This document shows positions 1 to 9,737 of a stretch of DNA of 30,268 nt, piece by piece. The translations under genes and the position numbers were made by a program. Under the pieces are notes generated by a model, which was not told where the DNA came from, ran no database searches, and was given only the letters and a program-made list of their open reading frames with translations. Within the stretch, counting starts at the first letter, position 1, and the number at the start of each line of letters is the position of its first letter. Source of the stretch: a virus (lineage: Duplodnaviria > Caudoviricetes); the IMG/VR virus record IMGVR_UViG_3300036713_000669, positions 1 to 30,268 of that record. One strand, written 5' to 3'.

Positions 1-410
1 CAAATTATTTTACTCTCAAGGATTTTTTATAGTTCAAGATTTGGGCCAATAAAGAGAGTAGAGAATGGTGTGGATGTAGGGGTTGGAGGCGCAGCCGGGG
101 ATGTAGGGGTTGGGGCGCAAGTCGAGGGGTTGGGGCGAGGATTTCTGGGAGGCGGCGGGCCGCCGGGCGGGAAAAACTATACTGGCATCTTTTTTTCATT
201 AAGACAATCTCGATAGCATTGAGTAGGTTAAAATTGCCATCGAACATTAACGTGCTATAATTTTGCAGAACACTTCTGAGGATGAAAAAATGTCTCAAAT
301 CACTATTGAAATAAAAATAAACAAGGGTTGTGGCCAATTTCCTTGTCCGACAGAGACGGGCGGTGGTAATGAGTCAGGCGGCAACAATAATAATGGTTAA
401 GCGAGAAAAT

Positions 411-1061
411 ATGAACTCATACGCGCACTTCAACTTTGAAATTGGTAATTATTTTGACAGATACTCATCTTTCGGGATGCCTAAATTAAAAACCATTGAT
501 TTTGAGTTGCCAAAAAATTTTAGATTGAAGGCATATAGACGCACAAGGATCAAAAATGTTTCAAAAGAACAAGATTTGTGCCACTTTTTTATAAACGATG
601 AATCAATGTTGACTGCTTTTTCAACACCTAAAACCACTGTTGAATATCTAAAGAATTATTACGCGGTTCTTGAACCGAATTATTCAGTATACACGGATTG
701 GCCTTTAGCCTTGAGTGTCTTTAACACTTACAGAACGCGCTGGTGTGGTAGATATTGGCAAGAGAACGGTTTAAAGGTTATCCCAACTGTAGTCTGGGGC
801 CTGAGAGACACTTACGGCTTTTGTTTTGATGGGATACCTAAAAATAGCATTATAGCAATTAGACCCCCGCCAAATTTCGGCAAGGGTTTTAATGCCAAAG
901 AAATAACTGAGTACTTGGACGGGCTAGACTTAATGCAGTTCATTCTAAAGCCAAAAATCATAATTGCTTTTGGAAAACTTGAAAAATATATCAAAAAAGA
1001 TATCGAAGTGATCACTGTAGAATCAAAGCGGAAAGATTCCAGTATCTTGGTCAGGGTTTAA
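411..1061 (+). CDS. DUF4417-family phage protein (start probably ATG 411; ORF track extends to GTG 330)
   Basis: Motifs CHFFINDE, P(N/D)YSVYTDWP, FNTYRTRW, WQENGLKVIPTVVW, FCFDGIP are characteristic of DUF4417 proteins. Confidence 0.8.
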   Translation: MNSYAHFNFEIGNYFDRYSSFGMPKLKTIDFELPKNFRLKAYRRTRIKNVSKEQDLCHFFINDESMLTAFSTPKTTVEYLKNYYAVLEPNYSVYTDWPLALSVFNTYRTRWCGRYWQENGLKVIPTVVWGLRDTYGFCFDGIPKNSIIAIRPPPNFGKGFNAKEITEYLDGLDLMQFILKPKIIIAFGKLEKYIKKDIEVITVESKRKDSSILVRV

Positions 1062-1873
1062 ACGTCATATTGACAGACTAGCCCGCCTTGTGCGACATAA
1101 AGCGTTGTTCCATTGAAATAGCAATTTGGGCTGGTTATATTTGGGAATTCGCTGGGAGCAAAGCTGCCCAACAATGTACCGCTTGAAATATCCCAAGGAG
1201 TTGATAGATTATATTGCTCGCACACATTCAGTACCACATTGGCCACGATTAGATGTTCGCCGTCAATACAAAAGGCGCTACTTGCGCGGGGTGTTGGCAC
1301 CAGTGACGATATAGAAGTTGGCTGCATTGTCGTTATATCCCAATTTGTCGTTAATGCACCTGTTTCTATCGAGTAGTTGCCGTCTCCATGTGAATAGTCC
1401 GCAGTTATCTCTGAGCCGTCACTTTTGAAATAAAAACCAGTATAATAACTACTTTCTAATGGCGGCATATCTTCGCTGCCTTCGTATGTAACGACGTTTA
1501 TATTCCAAGGGTTTGTTAGTGTGAATTTGGATATTCTTTCATAATTATCAGTTATAAACATTTTTGTGCCTGAGCTATCGACAAACATTCCGCCACTTGC
1601 AGCACTTATAACGTAAGGGCCAATCCCAAATCTATCTGTATAAACTGCTGTACTAACATCCCATGGGGTGCTTAAATTATATTGGTACACGAACTCAAGG
1701 TTGAAGTGTGTGACAAGCAAGATGTCGCCAGTTGTTGAAAAATAAATACCTCGAATACCACTAAGACGCCCAACATCTTCAAAACAGTATGTCGCGGTTG
1801 TCGAGAGCGTGGTTATATCCCAATGAGCCGTAGTGCCGGTTTGAGCTTGCGCTAACAATTTAGAGTACAGCAT
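1058..1873 (-). CDS. Beta-propeller-like repeat virion/accessory protein
   Basis: Repeated Y/FxLST/TNPWDI/V motif (QYNLSTPWDV, FTLTNPWNI, LTTNWDI, QYNLSTPWDI); last gene of the leftward structural operon. Confidence 0.6.
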   Translation of the reverse strand: MLYSKLLAQAQTGTTAHWDITTLSTTATYCFEDVGRLSGIRGIYFSTTGDILLVTHFNLEFVYQYNLSTPWDVSTAVYTDRFGIGPYVISAASGGMFVDSSGTKMFITDNYERISKFTLTNPWNINVVTYEGSEDMPPLESSYYTGFYFKSDGSEITADYSHGDGNYSIETGALTTNWDITTMQPTSISSLVPTPRASSAFCIDGEHLIVANVVLNVCEQYNLSTPWDISSGTLLGSFAPSEFPNITSPNCYFNGTTLYVAQGGLVCQYDV

Positions 1874-2384
1874 ATGTTTCTAAATCCCTTTCTGTCGAGC
1901 CCATAAAATAATTAACTTGGATATTTCTTGCCTCATCAATAGTTGGGCGTTCTGATGAAACAATTTCCAAACCGTTATATACAACTACATCCCTTAAATA
2001 AAAAGCGTATTTTTCTATATCAAATGGGAAATAAATAGGCTCGTCCGTGATATTGCCGGTTAGCTCATCAACAATGGTGGCCCTGATTACTTTTGTGCTG
2101 CCATCCTCATTTTCAATCCTTTGGTATCCCTGTTGGATGCCGGCGTTATGACCTAAGTAATGCCAAACACCTATGATTTCCGGTGCTAACCCTAAATCTG
2201 TCAAGGTGTCATTCACCGCTTGGATAGAGTTTATAGAGCTTAAATTCCCTTGATAGGCTGCACGCCCATTAATTTCACGACATTCTGGCAATTGCGATAC
2301 ATAATCGTATTGGCGAAATACTGCCATTTGCTCAGGCGTTAAATGATCAGTCATTATCGACATTGAAAAAATCACGTTATACAT
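1860..2384 (-). CDS. Hypothetical protein, paralog copy B (family also at 2387-2971 and 14601-15131)
   Basis: Intact 174-aa ORF; near-identical to the upstream copy; overlaps the start of the next gene. Confidence 0.75.
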   Translation of the reverse strand: MYNVIFSMSIMTDHLTPEQMAVFRQYDYVSQLPECREINGRAAYQGNLSSINSIQAVNDTLTDLGLAPEIIGVWHYLGHNAGIQQGYQRIENEDGSTKVIRATIVDELTGNITDEPIYFPFDIEKYAFYLRDVVVYNGLEIVSSERPTIDEARNIQVNYFMGSTERDLETYAVL

Positions 2385-3089
2385 AATTAAACCTGCTCAC
2401 CTTTTAATCGCAAATGAAAAGGAATGAAACTGTTTAGTCTTTGATTGTAAAAGAAAATTAAAACATATGTTCCTAAATCCCTTTCTGTCGAGCCCATAAA
2501 AGAAACTTGGGTATTTTTTGCCTCATCAATAGTTGGGCGTTTTGACGAAACAATTTCCAAACCGTTATATACAACTACATCCTTTAAATAAAAAGCGTAC
2601 TTTTTTATATCAAATGGAAAATAAATAGGCTCGTCCGTGATATTGCCGGTTACCTCATCAACAACGGTGGCACTGATTATTTCTGTGCCATCCTTATTTT
2701 CAATCCTTTGGTATCCCTGTTGGATGCCGGCGTTATGGCCTAAGCAATGCCAAACACCTATGATTTCCGGTGCTAACCCTAAATCTGTCAAGGTGTCATT
2801 CATCGCTTGGATAGAGCTTATAGAGCTGAAATTCCCTTGATAGGCTGCACGCCCATTAATTTCACGACATTCTGGCAATTGCGATACATAATCGTATTGG
2901 CGAAATGCTGCCATTTGCTCAGGCGTTAAATGATCAGTCATTATCGACATTGAAAAAATCACGTTATACATAATTGAACCCGCCTTACTTTTAATTGCAA
3001 AAAGGGAAAGAAACCGCCTAGCTTTTAATTGCAAAAAAGAAAAGGAAAGAAACCGCTTAGTCTTTGATTTTAAAAGAAAATTAAAATTA
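1872..3089. repeat. Tandem duplication of a ~0.6 kb leader+gene cassette (about 1872-2463 and 2464-3089)
   Basis: Direct nucleotide alignment of the two genes, plus the shared leader ttttaattttctttta(c/a)aatcaaagactaa... on the minus strand. Confidence 0.9.
2387..2971 (-). CDS. Hypothetical protein, paralog copy A (true start MYNVIF at 2971; C-terminus reads through into the duplicated leader)
   Basis: Same N-terminus as copy B with AAGG/GGCGGG upstream; ORF-track extension to 3106 is repeat-derived leader. Confidence 0.7.
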   Translation of the reverse strand: MYNVIFSMSIMTDHLTPEQMAAFRQYDYVSQLPECREINGRAAYQGNFSSISSIQAMNDTLTDLGLAPEIIGVWHCLGHNAGIQQGYQRIENKDGTEIISATVVDEVTGNITDEPIYFPFDIKKYAFYLKDVVVYNGLEIVSSKRPTIDEAKNTQVSFMGSTERDLGTYVLIFFYNQRLNSFIPFHLRLKGEQV

Positions 3090-5153
3090 TCCATTATAAA
3101 TATCAAACCTTTTAATAGTCCCGTTCCAGAATGCAGTGTTGTCGTTCTTTCTACCTATATAGAATGTGTCACCTGAGTTCATATCTCCTGAAAAACTAAC
3201 TGGAGTTGCGTAGGTGTCATTTAACTTCCCTTTTAATATATCAGGAGTCCATTCAAAGTAAATCTCATCAAGTGTGCCGTCATCACTGCTTGCGCCTAAA
3301 ATAATGGTGTTTGTCCCGTCGGTGCCTTTCAATAAACCATCTGTATCTTGATAAACCCCTGTAGCATTTCCAAAATCAACAACCCAATAAACGCCATTAG
3401 CATTAAATCTATTTGAGGTCGCTGTAATTATAATACTTCCCTTTACATCATTGAAATCATCAGTTTTTTCATACGACAATTTATCTGCAATTCTTGTAGC
3501 GGATGCGCCACCAGTAATAATAAAACTTGTAGCAAAATCACCCTGTTCAACTTGTGCGTAATCTAAAGAACCATTAACAGTACACCCTAAACTTGTAGTC
3601 GTTGTTGTTATTGTTATAGGATTTCCTTCTGTAACTGTTCCAGAACCTGCACCAGATAGCACGATATCACCAGTCCCTATAGCTGAAATTGTGTAGGAAG
3701 TGGTATTAGTAACTGTAACCGATTGAGTCGCTGGAGCATTGGAATTTAAAAATAAATTTGTTCTCTGCTCTTCAATCAATATCCCTTTTTTTGTACTTTC
3801 CGCTATATTTGAACCTACTGTCTCTGTAACTACCCCATTTCCATCAACAGTGTTCCCGTTTTCAGTCCCATAATATTTCGGGAAGAGATTAAAATTAATA
3901 AGCGTTCCGTGGTTGTTGTTACTGCTATCATAAACTATAGACCCCTCTCTCTCGTTCACATCCCAACTTCCCACTAGCTGGTCGGTCGGTGTTTGATGAT
4001 TAAAAAGTTGGGTTCTTTCTTCAGCAGAAAGAACCTTATTATAGATTCTTGTCTCTTTAATTCCGCCAGTGTACGCTGAAGTTGTCCTGTTCCCATAAAA
4101 ATTACCAATATGAAAATCTCTATCATTAGCATCAAGTAATCCTGTTACATCTTTTGTTACTACCTGAAGGACATTATCAATGTACAATCTAGCGATATTG
4201 GAATTAATTTCTAGTATTACATGTCTCCACGCACCATCATCATTAACTGCACCAGAACCCATTTGAAGATAACCAGCGGTTCCGAAATATGCAGCAAATC
4301 TACCGTTTGTTAGTTTTGCGATATTGTATCCGCCCAAATCACCCACATTCTGCCTCGTTACAATCCCTGCAATGGAGGGTTGACTGACTGCTTGTGCATA
4401 CACAGAAACCGTGAAATTATTGGTTAATGCTAAAGCGGGGATTAATCCCATGTTTATATAGCCGCTCCCGTCAAAATTCAAATACTCGCTTTGCCATTGA
4501 GGCAAGGTAAATTCAGAGGGGTTTTGGTTCGATTGGCCATTAACAACCTCAAGTTGTTTTTGAGATACATAAAAAGGAGTGGTACCTTGTGGCCGCAGTA
4601 CAAACATAACATCCTGTGAACTAGGAACTACCGAAAAATCAGATGGAGTAGATACTCTTTGCCATTCTGTAGTTACTGAAATTGTTTTTTGTACAGTTGC
4701 GAAACCTCTCATAAAAAAATCAGTTGTTCCAACAATAACATCGATAGGAGTATCAGCTCTTAGCCATACAGAACCAGTAACCTCTAAACCCACAAAAGAA
4801 TTTAAATCACCAGAACGAAGACACCCAAGCCTTGTGTTGGCGGTAGTTGTCGATACCTCATTTGCCATTTTACCATTATTCACAGCCCCATCGCCGATTG
4901 TCCATACACCATCAATCGTTCTAAAGTCAGAGGTGGAGTATGTATTAATGGCGTAGTTGTAGACTCTCCTTGCACCCTCAAATCTAGCCTCTCCTGTGAG
5001 AGATTGTTTTTGTAGCTCTTCAAAATCAGTGACTATAGCAGTTGAATTTCTTTCAAATAAAGCGTCGTATAGTGAGCTAGAAAAATTCAACACTGAAATA
5101 AGAGTATTGCGGATAGAGGATTGAAAAATCCCTAACGTGGTACCAAGTAACAT
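3087..5153 (-). CDS. Head spike fibre-like protein with LamG/concanavalin and carbohydrate-binding domains
   Basis: GILIEEQRTNL and AQVEQGDFATSFI..T..SATRIAD motifs as in Rcc01080-type head fibres; LamG-like segment (DGAWRHV...LYIDN...GGIKETRIYNKVLS); follows the spike base gene; GGAG RBS before ATG 5153. Confidence 0.75.
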   Translation of the reverse strand: MLLGTTLGIFQSSIRNTLISVLNFSSSLYDALFERNSTAIVTDFEELQKQSLTGEARFEGARRVYNYAINTYSTSDFRTIDGVWTIGDGAVNNGKMANEVSTTTANTRLGCLRSGDLNSFVGLEVTGSVWLRADTPIDVIVGTTDFFMRGFATVQKTISVTTEWQRVSTPSDFSVVPSSQDVMFVLRPQGTTPFYVSQKQLEVVNGQSNQNPSEFTLPQWQSEYLNFDGSGYINMGLIPALALTNNFTVSVYAQAVSQPSIAGIVTRQNVGDLGGYNIAKLTNGRFAAYFGTAGYLQMGSGAVNDDGAWRHVILEINSNIARLYIDNVLQVVTKDVTGLLDANDRDFHIGNFYGNRTTSAYTGGIKETRIYNKVLSAEERTQLFNHQTPTDQLVGSWDVNEREGSIVYDSSNNNHGTLINFNLFPKYYGTENGNTVDGNGVVTETVGSNIAESTKKGILIEEQRTNLFLNSNAPATQSVTVTNTTSYTISAIGTGDIVLSGAGSGTVTEGNPITITTTTTSLGCTVNGSLDYAQVEQGDFATSFIITGGASATRIADKLSYEKTDDFNDVKGSIIITATSNRFNANGVYWVVDFGNATGVYQDTDGLLKGTDGTNTIILGASSDDGTLDEIYFEWTPDILKGKLNDTYATPVSFSGDMNSGDTFYIGRKNDNTAFWNGTIKRFDIYNG

Positions 5154-5166
5154 TACTTTATCTCCG

Positions 5167-5427
5167 TTATGCCAATGCAACCAAACTGGTAGCAGTCGTA
5201 TCTGTATCGAAAACTCTTATAAATTGCCCAACTAAGATAAATCCTGCCGGCAAATTGACAAAAGTTGCCTCGTCCTCAAATAATGTTAAAGCTTTTATAT
5301 TGCCGGCTGCCCCAATATATATACCGCGTGTAACAAAATCCAAGTTTATAGAGTCGCTTGGAACTATGGCCACTGCTCTTGCTGGTGGCGCAAGTAATCC
5401 AGTTGTGTATTGATTATATTCGTCCAT
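5167..5427 (-). CDS. Head spike base protein (RcGTA Rcc01079-like)
   Basis: PPARAVAIVPSD...TRGIYIGAAGNI...FVNLPAG...RVFDTDTTA signature. Confidence 0.8.
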   Translation of the reverse strand: MDEYNQYTTGLLAPPARAVAIVPSDSINLDFVTRGIYIGAAGNIKALTLFEDEATFVNLPAGFILVGQFIRVFDTDTTATSLVALA

Positions 5428-5438
5428 ATTTTTTCTCT

Positions 5439-5468
5439 AAAAAAAAGGGCACCAGTAATGATGCCCTA
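5439..5468 (-). terminator. Intrinsic terminator after the capsid genes
   Basis: Minus strand AGGGCATC-attactg-GTGCCC followed by a T-run. Confidence 0.7.
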
Positions 5469-5515
5469 GTGATAAATAAATAGCTTGTGATTATTTTGGT
5501 GTGACAACTGTCAGC

Positions 5516-5971
5516 TTATCCTTTGCTTAAAAGGACAGCTTTAATTGTACCAGTTGCACCCGTAGCAGCTACCTCAGTAGCTGTAAGTATTACCAGCCTA
5601 TCTTCGTTTGAAGAATCCATAAAAGCTAAATCCGGCTTATTTACGTGGACAATATTTGTCGCGCCAGTTTGGCAAAAGTCGGAGTCTGCCATAAATAAAT
5701 CTTCGTCGCCTGATGCTATAGTGCCGTCTTTGTCGCCAACACCTACGTCAAAAGTAATTGTAGGCGTGCCATCCGTGTCTAATGGAGTATTGACATAAAG
5801 AATCAAATCAACAGGGATTTCGCCGGCGGGAATTCTAAGTAACTCAATAGTATCATCCGCTTCAATGTCGCCACCTACTATTTCAATTACGCCAGTGTTT
5901 GCAGTAATTGTTGACGCTGCACTTGAGAATGAAGAACTTTTTTTGGATGCTACAGATTGATAAATAGCCAT
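5516..5971 (-). CDS. Capsid-associated (decoration/cement-like) protein
   Basis: Immediately downstream of MCP with GGAG RBS; DTIELLRIPAG...LDTDGTPTITFDVG motif typical of post-MCP genes. Confidence 0.6.
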   Translation of the reverse strand: MAIYQSVASKKSSSFSSAASTITANTGVIEIVGGDIEADDTIELLRIPAGEIPVDLILYVNTPLDTDGTPTITFDVGVGDKDGTIASGDEDLFMADSDFCQTGATNIVHVNKPDLAFMDSSNEDRLVILTATEVAATGATGTIKAVLLSKG

Positions 5972-5982
5972 TAATTTGTCTC

Positions 5983-7089
5983 CTAAGTAGGTTCTGTCGC
6001 TGCGGTATCAATTGCCATAACACCAAAGTCTTGAGAGTTGAAACGCGCTTTTTTAGTGCCAAAGATTGAGCTTGTCGAAATAATAGCAAGGTTGCCATTG
6101 TCGCGTGTGGTTTCGTACCAATCATAATGGACTTCTGCGGGGCCACTCTTTCCATACGCAAAAGATAAAGCTTGGACACCTAAAAATAATGCGCGTGCTG
6201 CCTCTACGTCGCCGCCTGCACCATAATCATCAAACCTAATAACTTTTGGATGCGAGTGCAAAACAACGCCGTTATAAACGCCTAATTTACCTGTAAAGAT
6301 TGGGCTGGTTGCCCCGTCTGTAGCAGCCGCTGCTTTTTGTATATCAAGCCATGAGCCCGTATCTGTGCTTGTGCGTAAATCGTATTCCTGCCACGGATTT
6401 AGCAAGCAAACATAAAACTCTGATCCGGACAATCTTATTGGCTGCAATGAAATAGTACCATTTGCACCTCCACCAAGCATTGACGCTTTAGCTTTGGCTT
6501 TATCCACCAAATTTAATGTGAATTTGTCAGCAGCGACTAAGTCAGCTTTGCCGGTTGCATCGCCGCCATACATTTGATGAGTAGCGTCCGGGGTCTCAAG
6601 AGAGTTGTTAGCTCTACCGGTGTAGTCTGTACCTAAAATAAAATCGTCGTTTATACCTCTAGCACCTGATGCGTAGATAAAACAGAGTTCATCTACAAAT
6701 CGACTCCACCAGTCTGACTCTTTCTCTAAAGCTGCGGCCCGTAAATCATGTATAGTCCGCTTCCTAGTCATTTTCCCACCGCTATTGACCCCACTCCTCG
6801 CTTGGTCAATATACATTACATCAGAATGAAAAACTAGGTTTTCTTCTGTACCTTCTTGGAGACTGTCGCCTTCAATCGGGGCGTTCTTTAATTGCATGAT
6901 TAAATCATAGGTGATTTGTTCACCTTTTGATTTTTCAAGGTCATCAAAAACCAAGACCGGTAACTTCGATGACGGAGGGCCCATAAACCTTGAAGCCCAG
7001 TAACTTTGTTTTGGAGTATCTGAAGATAGAGCGGTACTCCACCTTTTAACAGCCTTTGCGTCATTTAATGGTATCTGAGTAGTCGGCAT
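5983..7089 (-). CDS. Major capsid protein, N4-gp56 / DUF4043 family
   Basis: AVKRWS, KGEQITYDL, IEGD..EGTEE, YIDQAR, RTIHDLR, PIFTG.LG.YNGVVLH, KKARFN..DFGV motifs. Confidence 0.92.
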   Translation of the reverse strand: MPTTQIPLNDAKAVKRWSTALSSDTPKQSYWASRFMGPPSSKLPVLVFDDLEKSKGEQITYDLIMQLKNAPIEGDSLQEGTEENLVFHSDVMYIDQARSGVNSGGKMTRKRTIHDLRAAALEKESDWWSRFVDELCFIYASGARGINDDFILGTDYTGRANNSLETPDATHQMYGGDATGKADLVAADKFTLNLVDKAKAKASMLGGGANGTISLQPIRLSGSEFYVCLLNPWQEYDLRTSTDTGSWLDIQKAAAATDGATSPIFTGKLGVYNGVVLHSHPKVIRFDDYGAGGDVEAARALFLGVQALSFAYGKSGPAEVHYDWYETTRDNGNLAIISTSSIFGTKKARFNSQDFGVMAIDTAATEPT

Positions 7090-7099
7090 TTTAAATCCT

Positions 7100-7759
7100 C
7101 TATTGTGAAGCTAGATAATTGTTACGTTCCTGAGCAGATAACGCTTGAAATGCATCCGCTAATTTCTTGCCTTTTAGCTGATCTAGCTGCTCAAAGATAC
7201 TATCCGGTGTCTTATTGCCGTCAATATCCCTAATAGAATTGGGGGCTGGTACAGGGTTTGTAGAATATCCTCTAAAACCGCCCAAGCTATCAGATGCTTT
7301 TTGCATTATCTCTAATGACGCATATTCTGCACCTTCGTCTTTTTTCATCTTTTCAACTATCCCATTGAATGCAGCATTAATGATAGGGTCGTTTTGGATA
7401 TCTGGATTTTGAGAAAAAAAGATTTTTTTCTCATTGGTTTCACTGACTTGCTTTAACCGGCTATCTATTTGAGATGATATCAAATCTTGTATCTTTTTAA
7501 CATCAAAACCGCCATCTTTAGGCTCCTTTGTAGTAGCTGGAGGTGTGGCCACGATATCTGGAGGTTGCGCCACTGGTTTTGATGCAGTAGCAGGGACTAT
7601 TGAATCGTCCGTCGTTGCTGTCGCCGCCTTTTTAGGGCTTGCAACTGGTTTATCTTTTGGCGGCTCTGGTTTATCCGTCTTGCCTTGAGGGACTGTATTG
7701 TCCACGTCCAACTGCTTTGGCTTGTCTGGTGCGTCTGTCGTTGCATTGTCACTCATCAC
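7100..7759 (-). CDS. Putative scaffolding protein
   Basis: Between portal and MCP; low-complexity Pro/Lys/Ala N-terminus; C-terminal ...LSAQERNNYL motif. Confidence 0.65.
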   Translation of the reverse strand: MMSDNATTDAPDKPKQLDVDNTVPQGKTDKPEPPKDKPVASPKKAATATTDDSIVPATASKPVAQPPDIVATPPATTKEPKDGGFDVKKIQDLISSQIDSRLKQVSETNEKKIFFSQNPDIQNDPIINAAFNGIVEKMKKDEGAEYASLEIMQKASDSLGGFRGYSTNPVPAPNSIRDIDGNKTPDSIFEQLDQLKGKKLADAFQALSAQERNNYLASQ

Positions 7760-7772
7760 TTTTCCTTTAAAA

Positions 7773-9278
7773 TTAACCTGTAGTTACCGATTGTATTGAT
7801 GCGCTACGAGTGCTTTCTGGTAACGCACGCTTACCTTGTTTATTTAACAACCTTATCCTATCAACCATCTCATCCTTCATGGCAAAATCTGTGCTCTCTA
7901 TCAACAAATCAAGCAAGTTTAAGACTACATCTGGCTCTAAATTCTGCAAAAGTGCCGACATCATGGCAAATTGGGCGCGTCTTTCAGAGTATGCGAACGG
8001 CCTTAATGAAACAATAAAATCAACATGATGATCCAATAAGGTTTGATTTTTCAATGAATAAGTCTCAACTTCTTCTATACTTTTTTCAGTAATGACACTA
8101 AATTTAGTGTTTTTCATATAAATTGCGGATAATTGCAATAAATAATTGCCCGCAGATTTTATATGGGATTGCAAATTTTCAAAGATTTCTTTGGTGGCAA
8201 TATACGCTTGCCTTTGTTTAAGTGAAATAGCCTCGCCACTTAATTCCTTTGTTGTCTCACCTAATATTTCATCAGATAAGCCGGCAATATCCTTGATGTA
8301 TTGTTTATCTTCGTCAGCCAACTCAATATGTTCTTTAGCTATATTGATATGGTCAGTTATCTCAAGATCAAACCCTGAGTTTTTAACAATGATCCCGTCG
8401 GGCCTAGCTAACTCCTCTTCAAAGTCGCTGATATCTGAAATTGCGCCCGCTTCGATCACCGCTTGTTTTGAAATAAGGAGTGACAACGCTTTGCTGCGGC
8501 GTTTGTTTAAATCTGTCTGGGCATCTTTAATATTTCGCGTGATGCCGTATGGTAATTTGCTCAGCCCATCTCTGTACGCCCATATTGGGATGTAAGGAAA
8601 TTTGCCCGCTGGATATGGGGAGTCGGTTGGTGGCGTGATGAATTGGCCATCGCCTGTAAGTATTGCATATTTTACCACATCTTTATTAACTTTATACCAA
8701 CACTCTAACAAGAGTGAATGAGCATTAGAATCTGCAAAAATAAGAGTGCTAGGGTAATTGTGACTCAATACGTCGTTTTTTACATATTTAGCTCTGAATA
8801 TGTATTTAGCGTCTCTCAGGTCAGGCTTTATAGAGTTTATATCCCAATACATCTCGCGCCAGTCAATATAATTAATTGCAAAGTCATCTTGATCTCTGCC
8901 GTATTCAACCCAACCAATGCCGACTCGTATTGCATCCTCAAAGGCAGCACCCCATTCTTGCATAACATTATGTTTATCAGAGATATATTTAAAAACCTTG
9001 GTTTGAAAATCGGCTGCCTTCACGTCACTATTGTTTCTGGGCAATACTTGCCAATCCATTTTCATCTCTGAAAACGTCCCTTTATACCAGCGTATGATCC
9101 TTAGGATGTTATTGAACACAAGTGGGGCTTGCCCGCGTGTCTCAAGTACATATCTCTCTTCAGGTGTCCATTGCTCACCGTCACAAAAGCGAGAATCTTC
9201 TTCTTGTTTTAATCTATTCGCAAGGTGTAATCTTTGAGTCTCACTCCACCATTCAAGTATTTTAGCTTCGTCATTCAT
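7773..9278 (-). CDS. Portal protein (P22-like)
   Basis: DGEQWTPEE..LE.RGQAPLVFN, AF.DA...GIGW, FPYIPIW.YR, PYG..RN.KD.Q.DLNKRRSKAL, SG.AI..KQ motifs. Confidence 0.9.
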   Translation of the reverse strand: MNDEAKILEWWSETQRLHLANRLKQEEDSRFCDGEQWTPEERYVLETRGQAPLVFNNILRIIRWYKGTFSEMKMDWQVLPRNNSDVKAADFQTKVFKYISDKHNVMQEWGAAFEDAIRVGIGWVEYGRDQDDFAINYIDWREMYWDINSIKPDLRDAKYIFRAKYVKNDVLSHNYPSTLIFADSNAHSLLLECWYKVNKDVVKYAILTGDGQFITPPTDSPYPAGKFPYIPIWAYRDGLSKLPYGITRNIKDAQTDLNKRRSKALSLLISKQAVIEAGAISDISDFEEELARPDGIIVKNSGFDLEITDHINIAKEHIELADEDKQYIKDIAGLSDEILGETTKELSGEAISLKQRQAYIATKEIFENLQSHIKSAGNYLLQLSAIYMKNTKFSVITEKSIEEVETYSLKNQTLLDHHVDFIVSLRPFAYSERRAQFAMMSALLQNLEPDVVLNLLDLLIESTDFAMKDEMVDRIRLLNKQGKRALPESTRSASIQSVTTG

Positions 9279-9282
9279 AAAA

Positions 9283-9430
9283 CCGCCCAGCATTTAATTG
9301 TAAAAAGAAAAAAAAACAATACCCGCCGCAAGGCCGAGATATCGCCCAGTAGCAAAATGCAAAAAAAGAAAACTGAACACCCGCCGCAAGGCCGAGATAT
9401 CGCCCAGTAGCAAAATGCAAAAAAAAAAGG
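9283..9430 (-). repeat. Diverged ~58-bp repeat array (about 2.5 units) directly upstream of the portal start
   Basis: CGCCCAG cores at 9284, 9343, 9401, each followed by aaTG(C/T)AAAAA; same family as the 24.8 and 29.4 kb arrays. Confidence 0.85.
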
Positions 9431-9431
9431 T

Positions 9432-9737
9432 TTATTTACCAAATATATATGGCCGATGTGAAAATAAATCAGGCACCGCGTCAATAACTTGGCGTATCAA
9501 TTTCTTAATCTCACTGGGGTTTAAATTTATCGCTTTTCCAAATATGACCGCGTTATGAATAAGAGCTTTTGTCGGACTACCATCATGTGTGACAAATAGA
9601 TGAGCGTTATCAATATGTATACCCCAACTAAGGTGTGTTTTATTTGCATCTAATATAAGCCCTGGCTTTACTATACCCTCAACATTGATATACGCCAACA
9701 AGATTGAGTATGAATTATTTCTGTAGATTGTCTTCAT
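9432..9737 (-). CDS. Hypothetical protein preceding the portal
   Basis: Clean 101-aa ORF overlapping the terS 3' end, in operon orientation. Confidence 0.7.
   Translation of the reverse strand: MKTIYRNNSYSILLAYINVEGIVKPGLILDANKTHLSWGIHIDNAHLFVTHDGSPTKALIHNAVIFGKAINLNPSEIKKLIRQVIDAVPDLFSHRPYIFGK

Noticed and set aside
5-337. 110-aa minus-strand ORF and other antisense shadow ORFs (e.g. 4579-4956, 8146-8595, 17378-17890, 12788-13084)
   Set aside because: They overlap well-supported genes or repeat-rich regulatory DNA and have no recognisable motifs.
1860-2971. Duplicated gene as a DGR template/variable repeat pair
   Set aside because: Differences are not restricted to adenines of one copy, include indels, and no reverse transcriptase is present.
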